Below are positions 28,401-37,926 of a DNA stretch of 64,000 nt, one piece after another (positions within the stretch are counted from its first letter, which is position 1; every line of letters begins with the position of its first letter). The position numbers and the translations under genes were made by a program. The stretch covers positions 9,191-73,190 of the forward strand of contig JAKAVJ010000013.1 of assembly GCA_021827525.1 (NCBI GenBank). The letters are read 5' to 3'. This DNA comes from Candidatus Micrarchaeota archaeon (lineage in GTDB: Archaea; Micrarchaeota; Micrarchaeia; Micrarchaeales; Micrarchaeaceae). The notes below the pieces were generated by a model, which saw only the letters and a program-made list of their open reading frames with translations, made no database searches and was not told where the DNA came from.

Positions 28401-29975
28401 TTACCTGCTTGAATTCAAAACCCACAATTCCGAGGTTCCGTTGCTCATGACAAGGTGGTAACCATTATGCAACACATATTCATCGAATGAGTTTGTATAG
28501 TTGTAGAATAATTGCGTATACGCACCGTTGGCGTATAGCTCGGAAAAGCATTTATTGAAGTCAACCAGCGCATATTCTGGTTTGAAGTACATTGTATTGG
28601 TTAGATTTTTTGGCAACTCTTCTATGTATACGCGGTTCGCTGTGTGTGCGGCTATAAAATTCATAGTTACCAAGGATGCATTATTAGGTACTCTCGCAAT
28701 TACCCAATTAAGCTGACTGATGCATGGATTGTTAATCGACGGGAGCACTGGAACACGTATTATTAAGCTCAATAGGAATATCGCCCACACCAATAGCAGA
28801 AGCGATGGCAATACTGCTCTATTCACTAAATGCTTGATACGCCACATGATGCTGTTAGAGTTAGGTTTGCTATCTGCCTTTGCTAGCAGCATGTAGCCGA
28901 GTATGGAAGCTATTATTGTGCCTCCAATAACATATGCGTAGTACTCAAGCAACAGGGTTCCGAAAAACATGTGCCTAAGAACAGCCACCTGTATTAGCCA
29001 CGGAAATATTAGTATAAGGAGCAGCACGGGCTCAACGAAGGACGTTATCCCAAATGCCACTACACCGAACAGTATATCCAGTATTATTAGCACACCTGTA
29101 TACAGGTTAGCCGGTGAAGCATGAAATGCCATCGTATTCAATTCGGCCGCGTATTCTCCTCTGGCGGAATTGCCAAAAAGTAGTTCGGCGATTGGTGCAC
29201 CGTCAAAAGGCAGCACCCTAAGGGTAGGTGGTACTTTAGCATAGCCGGTGGCATATGAGCTTATCAACACGTTTGCATATGTGAAGTATGCGAATAACGC
29301 AACAAGCGATGCTATTATTATTGCTGCTGCAAGAAACATCCGCTCTTTCCTAAGTGAAGCGCTGCTGCCGTGGAGAGCTTCGAAGTAGAGCAGGCCTATA
29401 CCGAGCACCAGGGTTGGAAATACTGCCGAGTCCATGACGGCCAGCGAAAGCACCAGAGTCAGATAAAACAATCGTTTATTGAGTTTCATATAGTAGTAGA
29501 ATAAGAGAAGTAGCATAGGTATTATCAAGAACTCTTCATGGAATTCAAATATTAGCATGCCCTGCATTCCGCCATTCAGCAGGTACGCTATGCCCAGTAT
29601 CAGGGCAAATTTGTTGTTGCCTGTAAGGCGATCTACTATGACAAATATGAGCACTGCAGTGAATGACAGCACTAATGATTCTATGAAAAATAGAGTGTAA
29701 GGAGATTGATATAGGTATACTAGAGGTGCTACAAAAAGCACCTCGTCAGGGGCTATGTGGTTGCTCACTACCAAGTACTGCAGGCCATATACTATTGCCG
29801 GATGGTGCAGCAGAAGATATATGCTCTGCATATCCCTGCCTATATCGTTATAGGTATACATGAATGCATTATAGTTATAAGCACCATACATGATCCAAAA
29901 GACTGTGCTTATAGTTGCTGCGACTATGATCAGGTATAGATATGAGGCCGCCTTTTCATACACGATATTCACCAT
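28401..29975 (-). CDS. DUF2079-like polytopic membrane protein (GT-C-like)
   Basis: YNDIG, NHIAP, FEFHEE, many TM helices, C-terminal extracellular domain. Confidence 0.7.
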   Translation of the reverse strand: MVNIVYEKAASYLYLIIVAATISTVFWIMYGAYNYNAFMYTYNDIGRDMQSIYLLLHHPAIVYGLQYLVVSNHIAPDEVLFVAPLVYLYQSPYTLFFIESLVLSFTAVLIFVIVDRLTGNNKFALILGIAYLLNGGMQGMLIFEFHEEFLIIPMLLLLFYYYMKLNKRLFYLTLVLSLAVMDSAVFPTLVLGIGLLYFEALHGSSASLRKERMFLAAAIIIASLVALFAYFTYANVLISSYATGYAKVPPTLRVLPFDGAPIAELLFGNSARGEYAAELNTMAFHASPANLYTGVLIILDILFGVVAFGITSFVEPVLLLILIFPWLIQVAVLRHMFFGTLLLEYYAYVIGGTIIASILGYMLLAKADSKPNSNSIMWRIKHLVNRAVLPSLLLLVWAIFLLSLIIRVPVLPSINNPCISQLNWVIARVPNNASLVTMNFIAAHTANRVYIEELPKNLTNTMYFKPEYALVDFNKCFSELYANGAYTQLFYNYTNSFDEYVLHNGYHLVMSNGTSELWVLNSSR

Positions 29976-30159
29976 TGACTTGCCAGCAATACAGCACGTA
30001 TATAACAATCAAACCTGATCCGTCTAGTATTTGCAACCAGATACTAAGTACTAATTTCACATTTTAGTTTTTATATATTTTCATTCACATACATAATTGC
30101 CTTAAACGTAGAGTCACGAAGGCATTAACAGCAAGGCTTTGCAGTATAACAGATAAGTT

Positions 30160-30696
30160 ATGATGATGCTTATGCAGGAAGTGTATATACCAGCGGATAG
30201 GATAAAAAAGCTGAATACTAACAAGAGCCTCGAAGGCATAGAAAAGGCGTCTAAATGCCGCCTTGATGTAGAGGCTAGGGAAAATATGGTTAGAGTAGAG
30301 GGAGATGGCTATTCTGAATTCGTAGCGAAAAATATACTCATAGCCTTCGGCAGGGGCTTTGACGTATCCACGGCATGCCTTCTTGCCTCCGAGGATTACT
30401 ATTTCTCATATATAGACCTGGGCAGATTCATCAGCAGTGAGAAGAGGATAGAGCAAGTGAAAGCGCGCATAATAGGCGAACACGGGAAAGCGAAGAAGTA
30501 TATAGAGAGCGTAAGCTCAGCGCACATAAGCGTATATGGAGATACTGTAGGATTCATAGGCAGATCTGAGTGCATAAAAGAGGCAGAAGTGGCCGTAGAA
30601 ACGCTTATAGAAGGCAGTACGCACAAATTGGCGTACAGCAGGATGGAGGCGCTGCACAGGAAGAACAACCGCATCATTAAAGATGCGAGTTTCTAG
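30160..30696 (+). CDS. KH-domain RNA-processing protein (Dim2/Pno1/KRR1-like)
   Basis: AFGRGF, ARIIGEHGKAKKYIE, ISVYGDTVGFIG, LIEGSTHKLAY. Confidence 0.9.
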   Translation: MMMLMQEVYIPADRIKKLNTNKSLEGIEKASKCRLDVEARENMVRVEGDGYSEFVAKNILIAFGRGFDVSTACLLASEDYYFSYIDLGRFISSEKRIEQVKARIIGEHGKAKKYIESVSSAHISVYGDTVGFIGRSECIKEAEVAVETLIEGSTHKLAYSRMEALHRKNNRIIKDASF

Positions 30697-30704
30697 GTGA
30701 TTAT

Positions 30705-32342
30705 ATGGCTGCAAATAAAGCTGACGATATCTTTAAGGAATTCAAAGAGCACTCTATCTCAGAATTCTTCAAGAAGAACAGGCAGATGCTTGGATATTCG
30801 AGCATGGTAAGATCGCTTGTTACGGTAGTACATGAATATGTCACAAATTCTCTGGATGCTTGCGAGGAGGCAGGTATATTGCCTGACTTACGCGTTAAGA
30901 TAGATAAGCTAGGCGATACCAGGTACACTGTGCTTGTAGAGGACAACGGGCCCGGGATACCAAAGAGCTTCATAGGCAAAGCGCTAGCTACGGTGCTCGC
31001 CGGCACAAAGTTCCATAGGAATGTGCAGCAAAGGGGCCAGCAGGGCATAGGGGCTGCGGGCTGCACCCTCTTTGCGCAGATTACCACAGGGAAACCAATA
31101 CATGCAGTCAGCCATACCTCAGTAAACAGCGGATATTCTTGTGACGTTTCGATAGACACGATGCATAACAAGCCCATAGTGAGCAACATAGTACAGGAGG
31201 GAGATGCACCGCACACCGGCCTAATGGTGTCGGGCGAATTCGACGGCGTCAAATATGACAATAGTGACCATGGAGTCTATGAATATCTTAAGAGGACCGC
31301 ATTATCAAACCCCCACGTACAGATACATTTTATAGACCCGAATGGGCAGGAATCGACTTTCCTTAGGTCTGTTAATACTATTCCGGAAAGGCCGAAGGCA
31401 GCGCGCCTGCATCCTCTCGGACTCACAGTGAATGATATACTGGACCTGGCCCATGCATCTGGAAGCAGCAGGCTGTCTGCATTTCTCACTGATACTTTTT
31501 CGCGATTCAGCCAGGGCAAGGTCAATGAACTCAAGGATATAGTCGGAATTGATTTCTCGATGGATCCGAAGAAGATGACATGGGATGATGCAAGCAAGCT
31601 GGTTGATGGGTTCAAGAAAGTCAGGTGGATATCGCCGGAATCCGCACATATAGTGCCGATAGGCAAGAAATACATAGAGCTTACGCTCAAAAATATAATC
31701 AACCCAGAATTCATGAATGTCGTAGAGAGAAAGCCATCAGTCTTCAAAGGGGGCTTCCCTTTCATAGTTGAGGCAGCGATAGCGTATGGAGGCAGCTCGG
31801 GCAGGCAGACTGATAATGGCTATACTGGCAACATAATGCGCTTCGCCAATAGGGTTCCGCTGCTCTTTGATACCGGAAGCTGCGGCATAACCGAGGCGGT
31901 GAAGCAGGTACAGTGGAAGAGGTACGGCATAGATATGGATAACCAGCCCGTCAGCGTGCTTGTCAATATATCCTCGGTGTATATACCTTATTCCGGGGTT
32001 GGGAAGGAGGCGATATCGCCCGAGGAAGAGATAGTGGACGAGATAAAGCTGGCATTGATGGATGCTGCGAGGAACATACAGCACTATATTCATGGCAAGC
32101 AGCAGCTGAATTACGACACCAACAGGTACAAGACCATAATGCGCTACGTCAACCAGCTATCGCAGAACCTGAGCGAATTAACGGGCACGCAGAAGTCTGC
32201 GATACACGAAGCGCTCAAGAAACTCGTGATAGAGCATTATCCGCGCGTGAAGGAGCATGTATCAGGAGATGCAGGCAAAGGCTCCGATGAAGGAGAACAG
32301 GGCGAGAGCGGCGCAGAGGATCGTGAAGATGCTGAAGAATGA
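30705..32342 (+). CDS. top6B: DNA topoisomerase VI subunit B
   Basis: SISEFFKKN, EYVTNSLDACEE, EDNGPGI, RGQQGIG, RFANRVPLL. Confidence 0.97.
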   Translation: MAANKADDIFKEFKEHSISEFFKKNRQMLGYSSMVRSLVTVVHEYVTNSLDACEEAGILPDLRVKIDKLGDTRYTVLVEDNGPGIPKSFIGKALATVLAGTKFHRNVQQRGQQGIGAAGCTLFAQITTGKPIHAVSHTSVNSGYSCDVSIDTMHNKPIVSNIVQEGDAPHTGLMVSGEFDGVKYDNSDHGVYEYLKRTALSNPHVQIHFIDPNGQESTFLRSVNTIPERPKAARLHPLGLTVNDILDLAHASGSSRLSAFLTDTFSRFSQGKVNELKDIVGIDFSMDPKKMTWDDASKLVDGFKKVRWISPESAHIVPIGKKYIELTLKNIINPEFMNVVERKPSVFKGGFPFIVEAAIAYGGSSGRQTDNGYTGNIMRFANRVPLLFDTGSCGITEAVKQVQWKRYGIDMDNQPVSVLVNISSVYIPYSGVGKEAISPEEEIVDEIKLALMDAARNIQHYIHGKQQLNYDTNRYKTIMRYVNQLSQNLSELTGTQKSAIHEALKKLVIEHYPRVKEHVSGDAGKGSDEGEQGESGAEDREDAEE

Positions 32343-32371
32343 GAGCGTGCAAAGGGGCAATTGACAGCCGT

Positions 32372-34783
32372 TCACGTTAATATGTACGCATCGGGATTAT
32401 CGGCATCCAGCAGTTTTACCTGCCCTGCAGATATGTATATCCTTAGTTGTTCTGCCTCTGTGGAGAATGCCTTCGCCAGCGTATCCTTGAAGTTCATCAG
32501 TGCCTCAGAGTTAAGGAACGCCAGATACGTCTGCGCACCTGCGTACACGGGCAGATTTTTAAACTTGCTTGTGAGCGAATATATGACTACATAGACATGC
32601 TCACCGTTTATTGTAGCGGTCAGATCGGCTGATGTGCTTGCATCTATATCAGTGAATAAGAAGGCGTGAGTCACGAGCCACATCCTCAATTTCTTGAACG
32701 TTGCAAGGTACTGCATGTCGTGGCCGCTCTTGCTCAACCAGTCCTTAGGCGCGTAGAGTTCATCTAGACCGACAACATAGCCTGCGTTCATCAGTTGGTC
32801 GAGTATAACTTCAATATTGCTGTAGGTGAGCGAAACGGGTATGCCGTTGCTTCTTATGTTGTTGGCTATCGCTATCTTTATCTCATCCTTTGACAACGGC
32901 ATGTAGCGCCAGCGATAATACGCATTCAGCTTGTCGAAGGTGCTTACCACGTCGCGGGCCTTTAGCTTTATGTCCACGATGTTCTGCTTCGGCATTGCGG
33001 GTATGTCTATGTAGAATTCATCCCTGATTGGAGCCTTTACTACAGTAACGAGCAGGATCACCACTATAAGCACAACTATCAGGTCTATGTCCCTGCCGCT
33101 TATGGTTATCGATATCGGCTTGTTTGTCAAGGCGTATGTGAAGTTCTCAGACAGCATCTTTATGCTGAAGTTAAGTGTACCGAAGATCTCTGGCGTGCCC
33201 TTAGGCAACGTGTAGGTTATGGCGCCATTGCTTATCACGCCGCTCTGTGGATATTTACCGTTAAGCGTTATATTGTAGCTTACCCCGGATATAGGAAGCC
33301 CTGCGGACCTTATACCTAGTATGAACGAATTGCCAGAGAAGTTGGCAACAGGTGATGTTATGTTTATCGGCGGTACAGATATGTATGATGACGCGTAATC
33401 GGAGCCAGAAGCCCCTTGGAGCGAGACTACGTATTGTCCAGGTGGGAAGCTCACGTTTATCGTTTTTATGAACGTGAAGTTGCCAGAGGCAGAGACGAAC
33501 GGCACTACGACCGTCTGCACTTCTGCTCCCGTATTGTTGTAGACGGATATATGCGGCTCGATATAGACCTGCTTGGCTGAATGTGTGTATACTGTCATTG
33601 TAGTGGGTATTGTTTGCCCAGGTATTACGAAATCGGGCATAGCCATGCTGCCATTCAGCTGATATCGAGGCATATAGTTTAAGTAGTAGAATAGGCTATT
33701 GTTGCGTGCCATGAAGCTGCTGTTTTGGTACAGTATGATGCGGGCGAAGCTGCTGTTCAGCACGTTGGTTACGTTGCCTGATGCCAGTATGCCCGTATTG
33801 TTGAGCGCTAGTCCTATCAAGCCTCCTGAATTTGATATGCTCGCTACTCTTACACTTCCATATCCTGTAGCGTATTTGGGCACCCAGAAGTCCTCAGATA
33901 TCGCCTTGGCTATTCCTTCTGAAAGATTTTCCGGTGAGGCTGAATCGGGATAGTTTGAAAACGCGATTATAGAGCCGTTATAGTAATTCACATATGTGAG
34001 TCCGCCGTAAGTGTTACCTATAGCGAAGCTGAACGTAGTATTGTAGAAGAAGAAGTTCTCCATCGGTCTTGAATAGTACAGCTTTGCCAACGATGCATTG
34101 TATGCACGGGAATTTGTAGTCAGGTATGTCGGGAAATAGGAATTTGGCAGCACAATGGATCCAGAACCCACCACATCGCCAAAGTTCTTGCCTACGTATA
34201 TTATGCTCTCGCCTTTGTTAAGCAGGTGATCCAGCTGCGAATAATTCGACGTGTTGTTGATTGGTAATAGGAGCTGCTGAGGAAGCAGACCGCTGAGGAC
34301 TATCAGCACCGAATCATTCGGCATCGAGCTAATGCCGCTCAGCCCTACTGTGCTTATGCCTGACGGGCTGCTTATGATTCCGTACTTCTCCAAGTAGGCG
34401 GTAAGATCGCGCACTATTATGCTGTCGTTTGAGCAACTTATGCATTCGTTAGGAAGCGAAAGCAGGTATATGCCCGCAGGGGGGTGCTGCTTGTAAAGCG
34501 TTGCGTTTATGTAAACATAGGAAATGTTTTTAGTAGAATAGTCAAGCATGAAGTACGGAACCAGCGATGCACCGCTGTCGTAGTACAATAGATTGGACCC
34601 CGTGATGTATGCCGTGATATTGGGTATAAGAGTCACGACCTTTGTTGGAGGAGGCAAGGCGCGGAACAGGCTCGTAAGCTGCAGATATGCGTATAGGAAC
34701 ACCGCAGCTATGGCAATTACTATTACCAGTATTAGCAGTATTAGGAACTTTGATCTCTTGCCTTTCTGTCCCATATCAATCAA
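32372..34783 (-). CDS. Large bitopic envelope protein (N-terminal TM, ~500-aa Asn/Ser/Thr-rich ectodomain, second TM, cytoplasmic C-domain); last gene of the T4SS-like cluster
   Basis: 803-aa ORF with TMs near residues 12-32 and ~565-582 and many N-x-S/T sequons. Confidence 0.8.
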   Translation of the reverse strand: MIDMGQKGKRSKFLILLILVIVIAIAAVFLYAYLQLTSLFRALPPPTKVVTLIPNITAYITGSNLLYYDSGASLVPYFMLDYSTKNISYVYINATLYKQHPPAGIYLLSLPNECISCSNDSIIVRDLTAYLEKYGIISSPSGISTVGLSGISSMPNDSVLIVLSGLLPQQLLLPINNTSNYSQLDHLLNKGESIIYVGKNFGDVVGSGSIVLPNSYFPTYLTTNSRAYNASLAKLYYSRPMENFFFYNTTFSFAIGNTYGGLTYVNYYNGSIIAFSNYPDSASPENLSEGIAKAISEDFWVPKYATGYGSVRVASISNSGGLIGLALNNTGILASGNVTNVLNSSFARIILYQNSSFMARNNSLFYYLNYMPRYQLNGSMAMPDFVIPGQTIPTTMTVYTHSAKQVYIEPHISVYNNTGAEVQTVVVPFVSASGNFTFIKTINVSFPPGQYVVSLQGASGSDYASSYISVPPINITSPVANFSGNSFILGIRSAGLPISGVSYNITLNGKYPQSGVISNGAITYTLPKGTPEIFGTLNFSIKMLSENFTYALTNKPISITISGRDIDLIVVLIVVILLVTVVKAPIRDEFYIDIPAMPKQNIVDIKLKARDVVSTFDKLNAYYRWRYMPLSKDEIKIAIANNIRSNGIPVSLTYSNIEVILDQLMNAGYVVGLDELYAPKDWLSKSGHDMQYLATFKKLRMWLVTHAFLFTDIDASTSADLTATINGEHVYVVIYSLTSKFKNLPVYAGAQTYLAFLNSEALMNFKDTLAKAFSTEAEQLRIYISAGQVKLLDADNPDAYILT

Positions 34784-34917
34784 CTCTCCTTAGGCTTCTT
34801 GACAAGGAGTTTCATGAACAGTTTCGTCAATGGGTTTGTGTTTTGGCCTATGCGCTTGACTATCGTATATACGCGTATGTACCTCACTCTCTTATTTATC
34901 CTGACAGAATATATCAT
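34780..34917 (-). CDS. Small basic protein (45 aa); absent from the ORF track
   Basis: MIYSVRINKRVRYIRVYTIVKRIGQNTNPLTKLFMKLLVKKPKES; starts 3 nt after the upstream stop and its TGA overlaps the next gene's TTG, filling the gap exactly. Confidence 0.55.
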   Translation of the reverse strand: MIYSVRINKRVRYIRVYTIVKRIGQNTNPLTKLFMKLLVKKPKES

Positions 34918-34920
34918 CAG

Positions 34921-35652
34921 CTATCCCTTTACTTCTATATATCCCAACGAGACCATCTTGTTCAGTATCTGCTCCACGCGGGGCGGAACGACCTTGTAGT
35001 TCTTTGAGAACTCGTTTACGTCTATGGTGCTCTCATGCGACTCTATCCAGTCCTCTATCAGCGCCATGAGCGATTCGTCGGAATAGCTCTCCAATGCGTC
35101 TAGCCTGCGCTTCATGTCGTCGTTATCTGACTTGAGCTGCGCTGCAGATGCAGTAAGATTCTTGTTCGAATTGGTGAGCTCTATGTTGAGCCTCCTCAGC
35201 TCCCTGTGCTCAGTAAGCAGCGCTTCGTAATTGTTAAACAGCGCGCTGTAGTTTTGCGACAGCGAATTGATAACGTCGTCTATCGCTGAATCCAGGTATT
35301 GGAACAGCTCGGTCTGGTTTACCTCGTACTGGTCCGTTATCAGTGACAGTATGCTTATCAAATTCCTGAGGACGTAAAGCTTGCGCATCTTGCTGCTCGT
35401 GTCCTTTGGTATAGAGTACTGCACGGATACGCCGCTCTGCGACATAGTAATTATGAAGAACAGGAAGGGTCTTTTCTGTATGTCACGGCTCTCTATCCTG
35501 AATAGCACTAGGCTGTTCTGCATTACCGATATGTAAAATACCTGCAGCGAGGTCAGCCTCGTAGATATGGCTTCGAAGCTGCCCTTCAGGGTAGCGCTAA
35601 TCTGGAATGAATCAACATCTGGTTCAGTGATGCCTATATTTTCCTCAGTCAT
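34921..35652 (-). CDS. Coiled-coil protein with a C-terminal winged-helix-like domain
   Basis: Heptad segment LLTEHRELRRLNIELTNSNKNL...; C-terminal VPPRVEQILNKMVSLGYI. Confidence 0.75.
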   Translation of the reverse strand: MTEENIGITEPDVDSFQISATLKGSFEAISTRLTSLQVFYISVMQNSLVLFRIESRDIQKRPFLFFIITMSQSGVSVQYSIPKDTSSKMRKLYVLRNLISILSLITDQYEVNQTELFQYLDSAIDDVINSLSQNYSALFNNYEALLTEHRELRRLNIELTNSNKNLTASAAQLKSDNDDMKRRLDALESYSDESLMALIEDWIESHESTIDVNEFSKNYKVVPPRVEQILNKMVSLGYIEVKG

Positions 35653-35696
35653 GGACTCACAACACTATCGTGTTTTAAATTATTAAAGCTGATGTA

Positions 35697-36107
35697 TCAT
35701 TTGCTAAGGCGCTTTGGCCTATCCTTCTCTGCTTTATGTTTCTGGATGCTCAGCGCAGGTATATAGCTTGCTAGTGACAGCGCATACATGAATACTATCA
35801 CTGCGAAGCCGTACAGCAGGGATATAGGATTGCCATGGGAGCTGAAGAAAAGAGCCAGCGTGAACAGCACACCTATTATTACGTAGGTTATCTGCTTGCG
35901 CACATACTTGTCGCGCTGCTTGCTGTATTTCAAGTAGCAGTCTTTGCATACTACTAGCCTGTAGTTGCGGTATTTATGGAATATTTTCCTATTGACCCAC
36001 CTTATCGCAGCAATCACATAATCCTCCTTTACGGGAAGACCTTCCTTCGCTTCGCCACATATTATGCACCTCGGCTCGGTTTTCTTGTCTTTGTTCGCCA
36101 TGTACAT
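35697..36107 (-). CDS. Zn-finger (CxxC...CxxC) protein with two TM helices
   Basis: CIICG...VCKDC followed by two hydrophobic helices; start overlaps the upstream stop. Confidence 0.75.
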   Translation of the reverse strand: MYMANKDKKTEPRCIICGEAKEGLPVKEDYVIAAIRWVNRKIFHKYRNYRLVVCKDCYLKYSKQRDKYVRKQITYVIIGVLFTLALFFSSHGNPISLLYGFAVIVFMYALSLASYIPALSIQKHKAEKDRPKRLSK

Positions 36108-36415
36108 CAGTCCAAGTCTATCGAGGCGTTATATACCCTCCCTGTCTCGGCGCTGCTCTTCTGCTCGTCAATCATCTCAATCGCTTGGCTTATTGTTATG
36201 TCATCCATTCCAATCCTCCTGAAGACGTTCTTCATCTTGTCACGCGTCAGGCCGCTCTTCTCTAGCATAGATGCGAAGGTTATGACATTTATGTGCCTGT
36301 GGGATTTCTCCATGGATGCGAGGAGCGCCGTTATGTTCTTCTCGCTGACACCAAAGGCTACAAGTATCCTCCTGAGCTCTATCCTGCCCACTATCAGCGT
36401 ATTTTTATCAGCCAT
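36107..36415 (-). CDS. Small helical protein homologous to the C-terminal domain of the adjacent ATPase
   Basis: ELRRIL...GVSEKNI...LEKSG...GMDDITIS aligns with the ATPase tail ELRNKL...NVSSDNI...LEDAG...GIEDTMIS. Confidence 0.75.
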   Translation of the reverse strand: MADKNTLIVGRIELRRILVAFGVSEKNITALLASMEKSHRHINVITFASMLEKSGLTRDKMKNVFRRIGMDDITISQAIEMIDEQKSSAETGRVYNASIDLD

Positions 36416-37922
36416 TCTTACCAGCGTACGTCATTATTCTGCTTATCATCGTGTCTTCTATGCCCATGCTCTTGAGGAACATGACCATCTCTGAGGTTGG
36501 CATGCCTGCGTCCTCCAACGCTGACATAAGCTCAGACACCTTCATCGTCCTCTGCTGAGCGTCGAACTTTCCCATTATGCTGTCGATATTGTCCGAGCTG
36601 ACATTATAGTCTATGAGCTTGTTCCTGAGCTCATCCTTTTCGAACTGGTAGTTCCTCTGGACAACGTTGGCAGAGAGCTCAGCCCTAGTCAGCACGTCAG
36701 TAAGGTCTATAGTATATACATAAAGGGGCTCTTCGCCCTGTATCCTCTCCAGTATGAACGTCTCGGGGAACCTGAGCGATGTCTGGAACGCCATCTCTAC
36801 CGCAGCCTGCCCTACACCGAACTTCGTTATCTCGGACCGTATGAAATCGGAGAAGTTGAGGGAGCCCTGTATATAGTTTATGAACTTCTCGAACTTTATC
36901 CTCATTATAAAAGTAGTGCCGACGTTTGAGAATATTGCTTCATTTATGTCTGTCGGGTTCTGCGATGCCACTATTAGACCGAACTGGTACTTTCTTCCCT
37001 CCCTGACTATCATTATGGCGTCGCTCTTCTCATCGCTCGCGACTTTCCAGGCCTCATCTAGCACAACCATTGTCTTCAGCCCCTTGCTCTCACTCCATCC
37101 TTCGAAGCGCATGCGTTCCTTAAGCGTCTGCAGTATGAACAGCGCCGCAAGGGCCCTGAAGCGCTCATCCGGCAGGCCGGATAAATCTATGTCCACTAGA
37201 CCTGAGCCCGCAAGCTTTTCCAGGTCTATGGTGCTCTTCCTTGCAAAGTAGTCCTCGCCCTCCCGTGCGAATTGCCTAAGCCTGTATATGGTGTTCTCAA
37301 GCTCTGCAGGATACTCATACGTTCCATCCTGCAGCTTCTCCTCGAGAAGCGCTATCACATCCTTCAGCGTTGGCACCTCTATTCCAGGCAGCGGTGGCTC
37401 AGAAACGTTGAAGCCCTTATTGGTGTACGATTGTTCTATTGCCTCTTCTGTAAGCCTCTTCTGCTCTGGGAATTCGGATATGTCCGTGAGCAAATCTAGA
37501 GAGTTCATTATCTGCTTGGTCCTGTCTAGGGGCTTCATGCCTGATAGGTCAAGCAGGTTTATGAAATCGCCCCGGCCAAGCGAGACTATGGTGCCGCCGC
37601 TCTGTTTGACCCATGGCTTATATTCCGCGGCCCAGTCTATTATAACGGCACTGGTTCCCCAGACATAGTATGCACGAATGAGGAATGTCTTAATGAAGTA
37701 GCTTTTCCCTGAGCCGGTTATGCCCACTATAGCCATATGCGGATTCGTGAGGTTGGCGTAAGTCCATGCAAATGGTACATGAAACATCTTAGTAGTGCCT
37801 ATGTAGACGGTCTTCTGCGGATCGCCTACGAGAACTGATGATGGAGGCTCTGGGGGCCTTGATATGAACGCCCTCTTCGCTATCTCGTTGCTCATTATAT
37901 TCTGGAATCTTACCAATGTCAT
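36408..37922 (-). CDS. VirB4/TraC/HerA-like P-loop ATPase
   Basis: NPHMAIVGITGSGKS (Walker A), IIDWAAEY, INLLDL, VVLDEAW (Walker B), REGRKY...ASQNP. Confidence 0.9.
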   Translation of the reverse strand: MTLVRFQNIMSNEIAKRAFISRPPEPPSSVLVGDPQKTVYIGTTKMFHVPFAWTYANLTNPHMAIVGITGSGKSYFIKTFLIRAYYVWGTSAVIIDWAAEYKPWVKQSGGTIVSLGRGDFINLLDLSGMKPLDRTKQIMNSLDLLTDISEFPEQKRLTEEAIEQSYTNKGFNVSEPPLPGIEVPTLKDVIALLEEKLQDGTYEYPAELENTIYRLRQFAREGEDYFARKSTIDLEKLAGSGLVDIDLSGLPDERFRALAALFILQTLKERMRFEGWSESKGLKTMVVLDEAWKVASDEKSDAIMIVREGRKYQFGLIVASQNPTDINEAIFSNVGTTFIMRIKFEKFINYIQGSLNFSDFIRSEITKFGVGQAAVEMAFQTSLRFPETFILERIQGEEPLYVYTIDLTDVLTRAELSANVVQRNYQFEKDELRNKLIDYNVSSDNIDSIMGKFDAQQRTMKVSELMSALEDAGMPTSEMVMFLKSMGIEDTMISRIMTYAGKNG

Positions 37923-37926
37923 AACA

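Noticed and set aside
30705..32342. top6B without adjacent top6A as a sign of a novel system
   Set aside because: The two subunit genes can be unlinked, and top6A may lie outside the window
36408..37922. HerA DNA-repair helicase
   Set aside because: No N-terminal HAS barrel and no nurA/mre11/rad50 neighbours; DEAW Walker B and the membrane/pilin context favour VirB4-like
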